64,000 nt of DNA from contig CM075988.1 in the NCBI GenBank assembly GCA_038087875.1, positions 10,728,001 through 10,792,000 of the forward strand, given 5' to 3'. Positions 20,635 to 32,977 of this stretch are shown here, in pieces. Under the pieces are notes generated by a model. It was given only the letters and a program-made list of their open reading frames with translations, was not told the DNA's origin and did no database searches. A program made the translations under genes and the position numbers. Numbering within the stretch: position 1 is the stretch's first letter; every line of letters starts with the position of its first letter. The DNA comes from Malacoraja senta. Lineage: Eukaryota.

Positions 20635-22439
20635 TCAACAAATCCAAACGATGATATAATGGATGTTGTTCCCCTGTACAGGGTGCATCAATAAATTACT
20701 CTTTTTTGGGACTTTCATCAACATTTGTGTTGTTAATTCTAATATCAACGGATACCATGGCTGTGTAGGCCAATCTGGTACTACCAATACCCTTGAAGCA
20801 GCATCTTGCCTGATTTTAAGCAAACATTGGCTTATGAGGCAGAAAGGTGTAAATATATATGAAAACATACCACCCCAATGTAGCGAGAAAACATCAATCG
20901 CCACTGCTCCTGGATCTGGTTTCCATGAGACATATCTCGATAGCTGATGATTCAAGTCGATGTTGGTCATTCCAAATCTGATTACTATATCATTGAATAC
21001 CTCTTGATTCAACATCCATTCTTTATTATCATGGAACTTTTCGTGACCTGGTGTCTGCTATCGTGTTCATTCTACCTGGTGGATAGATAGCTGAAATCCA
21101 AATGTTCTTTTCAATACACCAAGACCAAAGTTGATTTAACCATTTTGTCACATGACACCAACTTAATTCCACCCATATCATTAATATAGGCAACTACTGT
21201 TGTGTTTATTAATTTGAACTTGAACCTTCCTTTTAGTTGTGTTAGAACCATAAGCTTGGAGTCCATAGAAACCTCCTAAAAGCTCCAAATAGGTAATTCC
21301 CCATGTCGGCAGTAACACTAACTTTTCCTGATTCCATCTGCCTCCACAGCTCGATGTTAAGTCAGTTGCACCCCATCCTAGTGCACTGGCATCAGTTTGT
21401 AATATGATGGAAGGTTGTTCAATCAGCACTTTGCCTGAACTGCTTGAGACATGTAGAATCCACCACTGCAGATTACAAACAGCATTTGTTGTTACTTGCA
21501 TGGTTCTATCAAAATGACCAGCATTTACTCTCAGTGCCTGTTCTTTGATTCTCTGCAGCTGTTGATAATGTAATGGTCCATACTGGACTGCTGGGAATCT
21601 ACTAATTTTCCCAGTACTCGAGCCACCTGTCTGATTAGAGGTTTTTGCTCGTTTAACAGATTACTGCAATCTTTAATCAACTCCACCCTTTTTTCACTGG
21701 GCAAAGTAATTTGCATTTGGGCTAAATCAATTGTGAACCCCAAATAATCAATCGAGGTACATGTTTTTAACCTTGATTTCTTTGGATGAATTTAGAAACC
21801 CCCAAACTTTCAAAAGTTTGATTTTATTACTGCAACCGATGCTTCTGTTGACTGTTTTGTCCTTCCTATAATCAGGACATCATCCAGGAATGCCATTAGT
21901 ACATGCCCCTGGCTCTCAGCAACCCCAGAATTGATTTTAACAATTTTATGAATTTCTGGGAGGGAACGTTAACCCATTAGGCAAAGCTTTGAACTGCCCT
22001 AATTGGTTCATCCATGTAAATTTAAGATACTTCATATCTTGCAAGTGAACAGACACTGAACAAAAGGATTCAGACTTGTCAAGTCTATAATAATCCTACA
22101 TCCTCCATCCTTTTTTGATCGAGGGAATATATTTGACCCAAATTGGTGAATTTGGTGGACTGATTCTTCAATAACACCTTTTATATATAGGGTTTTGAAG
22201 CGCAACTTGAACCTCCATTACTTCGCAAAGTGGAGACTTCTGCTAGGAACATGCTGGACAGGCAAATCATAATTTGGATTGAATTCAATTCGAAATCCTT
22301 GTATATTATTCAGAATTACCACATCTGAAGTAATCTTCTTCCAATGTTTATAGAAGAGACGTAATCTACCTCCAACTTTTGGACTTAATCCAATTAGTAT
22401 GTTCCCCTGAGAACCAGGTCCACCTACCTCTTGAGTCAT
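20635..22439 (-). pseudogene. DIRS RT - RNase H - methyltransferase-like ORF
   Basis: VGGRLRLF..HW, KKDGGCRIIIDL, FKALPNGL, AFLDDVLI, QTDASALGWG, YLELLG, VPDWPTQPWY. Several frameshifts and an RT deletion near 22070. Confidence 0.88.
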
Positions 22440-23709
22440 TTGAGTATTCTGAGATCCCTGGATTCTCCCGGAAGCACCATCACTGGTCCTTACTCCCGCT
22501 GCAGGCCGCCAGCTACGTCCCTGCGTTAATGAGCGACTTGGTCCTGGTCTAGGATCCGTATGACGTCTGAAAGGATACTTCCTCTTTACAGACTTTGCAA
22601 CATTGATGTTTTTATCAATCCTGTTTTCGCTTCATCTTCCAACTCTTTAATACGTCTCCCGAGATCCTCTCCAAAGAGTAAGTTGGGTAATTGTATATTA
22701 CTTGGTTTGCAGAGTGCTGCGAATTTCGGATTCATAGTAGGCCGTATAGCACTTTCCTCAGATAATTGATCTCGAAGTGGGTGCTGCATAGCAACCCCAG
22801 TGCTTCCTGATGCAACTTCGTCATCTCTTGGCTGTTACCTGCTATTCTGGTAAAAGCAGTTATTCCAGAACCCAGCAGCTTTAATATTCTCTGCAACTGA
22901 TTCCAAATAATTTGGTTCACTGCTGCTGCTTTCAGCAACCCACAGTTACTTGGGGTCTCCTCTTTCTTGCAGTCTCATCCATCTCCTGCTGTTCCAGCTG
23001 ATGGTAAACCAAGTAATTTATTAAGGAGGCCAGTTCTTCTCCTAATGGCTCTCCTGACCCTGACGGGGCAGCGAATCCTACTGCCAGTGGTGGAACATCT
23101 GGCAGCTGCCGTTCATTGCCTTGTACAGCCTCACCGTCAGAGTCGGGATCTGAAATCTCATGACCCGTAGCACGCTCCTCATTCCTGAGGGTGCATTCCA
23201 TCAGCCCTGAGCCAGGTGCTGTTAAGCTGTTTCCTGCAGCTTGGATTACAGTACACTCCTTCCTGAGTGAACTTTGCTCCAACAGCCTATGGAAAAGGCT
23301 TTCTATTTGGGCAATACGCTCGAAAGCAGTATCTAGCCCTGTACCAGGAGCTGTTTGAGCTGCTTCCAGCAGCCTGGCTTTCAGTACACTCCTCCCTGAG
23401 TGAACTTTGCTCCAACAGCCTATGTAAAAGGCTTTCTATTTGGGCAATACGCTCGAAAGCAGTATCTAGCCCTGGAGCTACTTCCATTGCCTGGGACTCC
23501 CTCCGTGGGCCGTTGGGATTTAAACTTTGTCTTTTGCCCGACAGGCGCTGACTGTGTTTTCACCAGCCCCAGGTCCACAGTCGCTATGCTCACCGCTGGC
23601 GACTGTACCGGGGTTTAGAGGCGGTTGGTCTCTAACCGCAGACTCCCGACTTTCTCGACTTTCTGTCGGCTGTGTCGCTCGCCTCTTCCCCCTGTCCGTT
23701 TTTTTCCAT
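22440..23709 (-). pseudogene. DIRS gag-like ORF1 with an internal ~133-bp duplication
   Basis: GCCATGG start at 23709; LLFGEDL motif; duplicated segment starting near 23249 and 23382. Confidence 0.65.
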
Positions 23710-25099
23710 GGCGTCTGTGGAAAAAATCCCCATAGACCCACAGTAAACGGACCTGGAAAACCTGAAAAAAGTTTCTACTTACCTTGTAGTTGAAAAACTA
23801 CAAATTCACTGGAGCAGCTCTGCTCCTCACGTCCGTTTGCGTCAAGGCGTCTGACGTAATGACGCACAGGCGCACTGGCGGGGTTCTTCACGTAGTCACT
23901 CACGTGACTCCGAAGTAAAATCAATTTGGGAAATTGGTGCATGATAATTCCTGTATTCAGCTATCAAAAATAAATTGAAATCTTGACTTGTTTGTGTTGT
24001 GCAATTGTGGGTGAGAAATGTTGTTGAGCAATGGAATTGTTCTACAATTTGTTTATAAAAATGCTTGCTTGTAGATCATCCCACAAGTAGCATTGACTTT
24101 CAGTTTAACTTCTTTTGATATGTTATAGTTATTCAGAGACTTGATTCCAGAGAGATGACATCCTACCAACACCTTAATGAAGTGACAAATTAGTTCAACA
24201 GTGAACTTTGGGGGAGCAACAGATTAAATGAAGTTTCAGTCCAGATGCAATCTTAGTTTTGCATTTACAGAAGTGACAAGTAAACAATAGGCACAGATAA
24301 GAGGTGGAGCTGATCTTTCCTAATGCCTCCTTATCCCCATGGAGCTGTGCTCATTTGAAGCAAAGGCAAATAATGCTGTGAACTTGCACAAGCTAATTGT
24401 TCCTTTACCACCCCCTCATGTTGACAAAGAGGATGTCCAAACCAGAACAATTTGGTCACAGAGGGATGCCAGAATGAAATTAATCTCATTCTGTGGGGCT
24501 CTGTTAGTAATATTAATTACTACTGGAATCCTGATGAAATTGTAAGGTAAGATATTTGACACCAAAGGATATTGAAACCTTCAGTAATTGGTTTTACAGA
24601 ATAATACATGGTCACATTCTGGTAATGCTCATTCTTTGAAAACATCAACAAATTAAACACAAATAAATGGCAATGATCAGAGCAATAGGTAGATAATTAA
24701 ATAATGTTTCTTCTTTTCCTGTGCTTAGAACATGAACTTATTACATCATAAAGTTGTACAGAACAAGAAAAGAGCCTTCTAGCTTGCCATATCCGTGCAG
24801 ACCATCACATAGGCATCCATACTAATCCCATTTACTAGCACCTTGGAAAATCAATTGCTGATCGAGATACTTCTTAAATGTTATGAGAGTCTCTGCCTTC
24901 ATCGCCCCCTCAAACAGTGCAATAAGATTCAAACAATACTCTGGGTAGAAAAAAAACCTCCCAGATCCACTCTAAATCACTTACCTTTTACTCTAAACCC
25001 ACACCCTCTAGTTTTTAAACATCTGTCCTACAGGGAAAAGTTTCCTACCACTTACCCTAACTATGTGCTCAACATGGATAGACGCAAAAGCTGGAGTAA

Positions 25100-25408
25100 A
25101 GGGCCCGTCCCACTATACGAGTTTACCCAAGAGCTCTCCCGAGTTTAAAAAAAAAATCAAACTCGTGGTAAGTATGTAAAATGTACGTAACGGGTACGTC
25201 GGAGCTCGGGACGTCTCTTAGCGGCTCGTAACGCTAACGGCAGGTACGCGGGAAACGCGGTAAGCTCGTGAAGTTTTTTCAACATTGTTGAAAAATGTCC
25301 ACGAGAGCCCCGAGTACCTACGAGCGGCTATTACCGTAATTCTCCGCGTTCGAATCAGGGGAAACTCATGAGAACTCTTGAATTACCTCGTACAGTGGGA
25401 CAGGCCCT
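25100..25408. mobile_element. PIF/Harbinger-like MITE
   Basis: TIR AGGGCCCGTCCCACT / AGTGGGACAGGCCCT, TAA TSD. Removing it restores the Penelope repeat ggagTAActcagcggg. Confidence 0.88.
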
Positions 25409-26088
25409 TAACTCAGCGGGTCATGCCCTCATCATCGTGTGTATTGCTATGAGGTCCTCTCTTGAGGATATCTGCTATAGTTACACAAATAGTACAGCAC
25501 CATGCAGTGTGTCGATCTGTGTGCATATGATGTATGCTATCATTGTAGTGAGATTTAAGTAGTTGTGGTAATGATATTATTCTGCAACACTGTGTTCAGA
25601 TGCTCCTGGTAACTGAATGGTTATTAGATTGTATGCACCAACTCGAAACGATTGTTGACAGACCACTCTCTCCTGAATGTACCGCATATTGCAGTGTAAT
25701 TTTTCCGCAAAAGGATGCCACTTAGTATCATCCAGGGTTTACAGAATGTACCCAAGTTGCATCCTATTGACCTTAGCCTGGTTGACTTGCATGGACTGGA
25801 GTGGAATGTTTATGCAAGTCAGACCCTGCAATGAAGGACACAAACATATTAAATATTTCCCGCCACGATGGATGGAAGAAGGAGGTGTAAACTGACAGCA
25901 CCATCCTCTTTAAGTAATAACATCCTTCTTTGGAATTGATAGAGTGGGTGGGCATTTAAGTTTTCAAATTACAATTCATATAATGTGTTTGTTTCCTGTT
26001 GGAGGAAATGATTAAACTGTAAATTATAAAAAACACTTACCAAGAGAAGTAAGGTGCATTTAGACAGTGACTTCAGTGTCCTTTTCTG

Positions 26089-26900
26089 TCTTGGTTCTTG
26101 GTTTCTTGGTCCTCCAAAATATTCCAAATGGAATTTAAACTGGAGGTGGTGGAGGGAGGACTTAAGCCAGAAAGGGTTTTGGGGAAGAAAGAGCTACCTT
26201 AAATTTAGTTGCATCTGGTTGAGTAACTAAAGTAGGGTGGAGATTATTCCATGCTTTAATTGTGCGGGGGAAGAACGTATTGCTGTACACATCTGTCTTG
26301 GTAGCTGGAATCACAAATTGTATCGAATGCCCTCGTCTGCTCCTAGTTGGTTTGGGTTCGGTGTAGGTCTTGTAATCTATGTCGAGCTGACCATTTAACA
26401 TTTTGTAAAAACAGGTCAAACGGTGAGCTTCACGTCTGTCTTGGAGAGGGTTCCACCCCAGAGAATTCAGAAGTTTGGTAACACTCGCTTCTCTCTCATA
26501 GGTGTTAGTAACAAATCGAGCTGCCTGTCTTTGGACACCTTCGATGGAAGAAATGTTTTTATTTGTGTATGGGTCCCATGCTGCAACTGCATAGTCCAAA
26601 TGAGGTCTAACGAGGGTGAAGTATAGCTTCTCCTTGACAGAAGTTGAACAATGATGAAAGTTTAGCCTCAGAAAATTTAGGACACCTGTTGCTTTCACCG
26701 TTGCATGATGAGTCTCACCATTCCAACGCAGATCATTCTGCAATTTGATGCCAAGATACTTGGTTTGTTTGATTCTTCAAGGGTGGTACCAAGTATATTG
26801 TACGATGTTTCGCCTGGATTCCTCTTTCTGGTGACACGCATGTTTCACATTTGGAAGGGTTGAACTGCATGCCCCATTGGTGTGACCACTCAACCATTGT
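26089..26900 (-). mobile_element. 5'-truncated CR1-clade LINE of a divergent type
   Basis: EWSHQWGMQFNPSKC...LVRPHLDYAVAAWDPY...LGWNPLQDRR...FFPRTIKAWNNL; (CCAAGAA)n tail; ~19-bp duplication at 26065-26083 and 26918-26936. Confidence 0.85.
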
Positions 26901-28814
26901 CCTTAATTTCCTGACTTCAGTGACTTGAGTGTCCTTGTTTTTGCCCTTAATTTCCTGTTACAGTGCATGTAACAGGAAATTAAGTACTCCTTAAAAAATA
27001 ATCACTATGTAATTTAGGAAATGTTTTTACCATTAAGCACATGAATATACAGTTCTCACAGAGTCAGGATAACCTGACTGAGATGGACACAAAATGCTGG
27101 AGTAACTCAGCGGGACAGGCAGCCAATCTGGATACAAGGAATGGGTGATGTTTTGGGTCGAGACCCTTCTTCAGAATGAACATCAGGGGAGAGGGAGTTA
27201 CAGAGATAAGGAAGTGTAAGAGATCAAAAGAGATGAAGTTCAAGGACATTGTAGAATAGACCATTGTTAGCTAGGAGGTGACAAGAAAGCAGACAGAGAT
27301 ACAGTGTGATCAGCGGGACAGTCAGACTGGTCAGAGAACCTGGGAAGGTGGAGTTATGGAGAGAGAACTTGAATGAGATGTGTTATGCTATTGCAACAAA
27401 TAATTTCATTGTTCTGTTGTTAGTTAATATTACAATTAAATACTCTTGACATTTGATGCTTTAAAAACTTTAGTGTATAAAATCCCAACACTACTGTTTG
27501 CAACATCAGTAGTAATAATGCACCAATTCTAGATCTTTGGGTGTATATTTATATAATGGTATATGGACACACTGATCAGTTCTGTATTCATGCCTACTAT
27601 ATTCTGTTGTGCTGAAACAAAACAAGAATTTCATTGTCCTATCTGGGACACATGACAATAAACTCTCTTGAATCTTGAGTATATAGCCATGGCAAATCTC
27701 ACTCCTCACACTGGAGAATCTGCTGGGACAAGCTAAATGCTGCCTGACCCACTGAGTTACTCTGGCACTTTGTATCTATCTTCAGTGTAAACCAGCATCT
27801 GCAGTTCCTTTCTACACACTCAGGTTGAACGCAGTTCTGATAAAAACTTGCCTACTCATATCAAGCTATTGCATTCACTGGCAAAGTAGAAAGTATACAT
27901 GTTTTCAGGTTTAATTTGGGATTTTGTGTTTTTAAGTGGTTTTAAGTATTTTGAGATTTAAATTTTTATGATCTATAATTGTTCAATAGTTTGAATATAT
28001 TTTGAACGTTTTTGAATATCAGAAGCATTCAAAGTTTCTGAGAACATCATCAGCTGTCTACAACAGGGATGTGACTCAGCCAGTTGTCATTGTATTTGTT
28101 CATTGCTTTGTGATTACCTACTTAAGAAGCAATTAACATGGCAGAAGGCTCACCTGCAATTATTAGAGTTGACTTCTCCTTGTAAATACAACTGGGGCAG
28201 GAGGGTGGATGATAGGGGTTGAGGAGGAGTCAGGCAAGGTATCTGTGAGCTTTCCAAAGAGATCACTGACTGCGAACCACAAGACATTAATAATTATACA
28301 AATTCCACAAATGGAACAGTTTGAAATTGTTACTGAAGATAGTGATGTTTCGGGTTGAGATCCTTCTTCAGACTGAGCCCAGACTTCAAACTCACCTATT
28401 CCTTTTCTCCAGAGATGCTGCCTGTCCCGCTGAATTACTCCATTATTTTGTGCCTACTTTTGCGTAAACCAGCATCTGCAGTTCCTTCCTACACACTTGA
28501 AATTGTTTCTGTTCCAGTCCAGTTGCTGCCACTGATGGTGCTGAACTTTAAGGCCACAGGATCCTGGAGTTTAAGCAAAATGTTTAGAGATTAATCTCGG
28601 ATTGTTTCTCACTTGACCTACACGATCATATGGAGAACTTCGCACAGACAGCACCTGAGGTCAGGATTGAACCCTGGTGTCTGAAACTCAGTCAGTGGCC
28701 CAACCAGCTGTGATGTTTGGCTATCATGCCAGTACATTGCATAGCATCTATAATTATTCATTAGCATCAATATGTCAGATTGAGTATTTTGTTCCTAAAA
28801 TCTATTCATCTATC

Positions 28815-29460
28815 GTTTAGTTTTAGTTTAGAGATACAGCATGGAAACAGGCCCTTCAGCCTGCTGAGTCCACGGCAACTAGTTCTATGTTATCCCAAAT
28901 TCTCATCCACTCCCTACACACTAGGGGCAATTTACAGAGCCCAATTAACCTACAAACCTGCATGTCTGTGGGATGTGAGAGGAAAACCGGAACACCTGGA
29001 GGAAACCAACGTGGTCACAGGAAGAATGTGCAAACTCCCCGCAGACAGCACCCAAGGTCAGGATCGAACCTGTTTCTCTGCTGCAGTGAAGCAGCAGCTC
29101 CACGAGCTGCACCACAGTGGGTGACACAGTGACATAGCAGGTAGTGCTAATGCCTACAACTTCAGTGACCAAGGTTCAAAGCTCACCTTTGGTGTTGTCT
29201 GTGTGAAGTTTGTATGTTCTCCCTGTGACTAGGTGGATATGCAATGGATTCCTCTCATATTCCAAAGATGTGCTGATGGTAGGTTAATTTGTTGCTCTAA
29301 ATCATTCCCAGTATAGCTGTATGTAGTTGAGAATGTGGAGAATCACAGGAGAGTTCATCGACATGGAAAAGAGAGCCACAGGGAAATAAATGTTACAATG
29401 CAACTGATCTGAGAAATAGCATGGATTCAATGGGCCAAACGGCCTCCTAATATGTTGTAA
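28815..29460. mobile_element. Two V-SINEs head-to-head (28815-29120 minus, 29120-29460 plus)
   Basis: V-domains in opposite orientation; the heads meet near 29120. Confidence 0.75.
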
Positions 29461-30217
29461 GGAAACATAATGGTACATGGATAGATACATGGAAAAGAAA
29501 GGTTTGGAGGGATATTGGCCAAATATGGGTAAATGTGACGTTCAAATTTAGCATCTTGGTGCTTGGGCCGAAGAGATGGACCGAATGGCCTGTTTCCATG
29601 CTGTGTAACTCTAACTCTCCCTCAATGATGTATGGGGAAAATGAATTCCAACAAATCAAGTCCTTTATCTGTCCTAGTTGGGGAGTTATTTCAGCCAAAT
29701 ATAAGATGAAGATGGCAATTTATTTTGCGATAAATTGTATTTTTCAGATTAAATCTCTGTGTTAGCAGCTATCCTGGCAGGCATATTTAATTAGTGAATA
29801 ACAAAGCTAGACAGCAATCAATTGGAAAGGGAAATTAGTGACAAACGCACAACCTACAAGGAGATTGAAAATAGGTCAAATCTAGCCTCACATCGCATAC
29901 TGCACAATTAAAAAAAATTCCTGAGGCTGATTGTGATTTTTTACACCTTAAGAAATAAAAGAGATCAAGCATTTTTAAGCAGGTGAGAGTTAATTATTCC
30001 CCTTGTTTTGTTTTATGCTGCTTTTTGAACCTTTTCAGGAGATTTCAGTGTCAGATGTAGAGCAGCTGCGGGGGACTTAAATAAGAGGAGTTGATTGATT
30101 GGATTATTGATAGGCACGGCAATCAATAAGAAGACGGAAAAGAATAGCGGAGCAGCCAATTGTGAGTGACGTTGGGAGATGCTGAGTTCTGAGGTGAAGT
30201 GGTTTGTTTGAGGGTAA

Positions 30218-30750
30218 AGGGGCTGTCCCACTTGGGTGACCTAATTGGCGAGTTTAGAAGAGTTTAGGAGAGTTTGAAAAAAATGTAATGTTGAAGACCT
30301 CCTTCGACTATGTTGAAGACTAGCTTCGACTAGCTACGACTAGCTATGAATAGCTATGACTAACTTCGGGAAAATTGGACACCGAATAGTGGAGAGTGAA
30401 GACGACCTCCTTCGATCTCCCTTCGACTATGATGAAGACTATCTACTATGACTACCTTTGAATACTTTTGACTACCCTCGATTACCTATGACTAACATGC
30501 CGACCTACTATGACTAAACCTACGAGTAAAAAAAGTATCGATTTTTTTCCATGGCGACCTTTTTTATTCACGGGCATTTTTCAACATGTTGAAAAATACG
30601 CCGCGACCTAGCAGAGGCCTCGAGTACATGGGGACTACTCTCGCGCATGAAGGAGAGTTACAAAGACCTCCTACGACATTACTGCGAGTATGAGTCAAGG
30701 GCAAACTCGCCAGTACTCGCGGATTAGGTCGCCCAAGTGAGACAGCCCCT
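30218..30750. mobile_element. PIF/Harbinger-like MITE
   Basis: TIR AGGGGCTGTCCCACTTGGG / CCCAAGTGAGACAGCCCCT; TAA/TTA flanks; internal CGACTA repeats. Confidence 0.85.
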
Positions 30751-31883
30751 TTAGTGTTGAGGCTTGGGTCAAGAGACTTTGTTGAGGGGACTGAACAGGC
30801 TAAAGTACCAAAGACAGACACAAAATGTTAGAGTAACTCAACGGGACAGGCAGCATCTCTGGAGAGAAAGAATGGGAGACGATTCGGGTCAAAACCCTTC
30901 TTTTGAGAAATAGCATGGATTTAATGGGCTGAACTGCCTCCAAATCAAGTTGTCAGGAAACATGATGGAACATGGATAGATACATGGAAAGGAAACGTTT
31001 AGAGGGTTTTATTGGCCAAATACGGGCAAATGTGACAAATAAAGAGGAAAGAAGATTGGACTTTATTGCCTTGCATCACAGTGAGGAATGTGGGGAATTC
31101 GCTGTGGTGGATATTTATGTTAACTTTTATGTAGTTGTGTGCCTTGTTGCTTTTTTAAGTGTGACTGTATGATAAATCGAGTTTCACTGTACCTTAATTG
31201 GTACACGTGACAATAAAATACCTTTAAATCTTTGAGTTCAGATTTAGCATCTTGGTTGTCATGGATGAGTTGGGCTAAATGGCCTGTTTCCATGCTGCAT
31301 AACACTCTTTCAATGATGTATGGGGAAAATGAAGACTTTTTTTGAAGAAGGGTCTCGACCCGAAACATCACCCATTCCTTCTCTTCAGAGATGCTGCCTG
31401 CCCCGCTGAGATACTCCAGGATTTTGTGTCTATCTTTGCTTTAAACCAGCATCTGCATTTCCTTCCTACACAGTTTAAGGTACCATCTGTTTTTTTAAAT
31501 TAATTAATCCTTGGTCTTAATGCAGTAGAGATGTTAGGTGGGAAGGTGCAATACTCCTCCTGCAACTCCTGATAGTCTGCGTTAGGGAACTGGAACTGCA
31601 GCTGGATGACCCTGGGCTCAACCGGGAGTGTGGAGGTTTCATAGATAGGAGTTATAGTGAGGTGGTCATGCCTAAGGTGTAGGTGGAAAATAATTACTTG
31701 ACCACCGGGAAAGGGAGCAGGCAGAAAGTTCAGGAATCCTCTGGGCCCTGGGAAACGGGTGTTGCCTTTTGGATACTGTTGCACAGTGGATGTCGTCTAC
31801 ATGGAATTCAGTAAGGCATTTGATAAACACCACATGGTGGGCTGATTGAAAAGATTAAGATGCACAGGGTTCATGGTGCCTAA

Positions 31884-32412
31884 AGGGCCTGTCCCACTTT
31901 CACAAGGTAATTCACAAATTCTCACGAGTTTTCCCCTGATTCACACTCGCAGAATGTTCGTAACAAGTCGGTAGGATGCCGTAGGAGTTTGTAGATATAT
32001 CGTAGCGGCTCATTATGCTAGCCGTAGTACTCGGGGCATCAGGTAAATCGGGACGTTTTATCCAGCCCGATGAAAAATGTCCACGTGTAACAAAATAGTC
32101 GGGATGAAAAAAATTGCGACTTTTTACTCGTAGTTAGTTTGTGGGCAGACTGCAGTAGGCCATGAGGGTAGTCGTGGGCACTCGTAGATATTCGTGGGTA
32201 CTCGTAGCTCAGCAGCTGGACAGAGAAAAAAAGGTGAGTGAAAAAAAAAGATGAAGTCAACATCAGCACGTGACCTCTGTCACTCCAGCTCGTGGACATA
32301 TTCGTGGAAGGTCGTAGGAGTTCGTAGATTACCAAAATCTTGATTTTCTTTTTTTAGGTCCTTTAAACTCGGCAGAGGTTTTGGATTAAGTCATGAAAGT
32401 GGGACAGTCCCT
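31884..32412. mobile_element. PIF/Harbinger-like MITE
   Basis: TIR AGGGCCTGTCCCACTTTCA / TGAAAGTGGGACAGTCCCT; TAA/TTA flanks. Confidence 0.85.
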
Positions 32413-32424
32413 TTAGCGTTTTGT

Positions 32425-32725
32425 CTAGTTTAGAGATAAAGCACAGAAACAGGCACTTTGGCCCACAGAGTCCACGTCGACCAGTGAACCCCGCACACTA
32501 GCACTATCCTTCACACAAGGGACAATTTACCATTTGACCAAAGCCAATTAACCGATCAATCTGCACGTCTTTGGAATGTGGGAGGAAACCGGAGCACCCG
32601 GAGAAAACCCATGTGGCCACAGGGAGAAATACAAACTCTGTACAGACAGCACCCTTAGTCAGGATCAAACCCGGGTCCCTGGCGCTGTGAGGCAGCCACT
32701 CTAATGCTGTGCCACCGTGCTGCTG
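32425..32725 (-). mobile_element. V-SINE
   Basis: tRNA-like head, V-domain, CR1-like tail. Confidence 0.85.
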
Positions 32726-32977
32726 CTTGTGATGAGTAATAGCAGGTAAGTCACGATGGAGCTCTATAAAGTTTGGCTAGGCAGTTGGAGTTCTTGTCAC
32801 CATCACAAGGGTGACCATGACTATCACAGGGTGTGGAGGTTTTGGAAAGGGTGCAGATGTGGTTAATCAGAGTGCCTAAACTACATGATATTAAGTACAA
32901 GAAGAGATAAAACAGACAGATTTTGTTTTCTCTAGTGTGTCAGAGGTTGAGGGGGGATTTGATAGAAATATATAAGA

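Larger units (their letters stand above)
19139..23920 (-). mobile_element. DIRS-type tyrosine-recombinase retrotransposon copy 2 (full span, disrupted ORFs)
   Basis: Same terminal and ICR architecture (ICR 19373-19486). Order gag, RT/RNaseH/MT, YR. Inserted at an A-run with no TSD. Confidence 0.92.

Noticed and set aside
24339..24552. 68-aa ORF with a hydrophobic end followed by GTAAG
   Set aside because: No recognisable homology and no partner exons; cannot be supported as a host exon.
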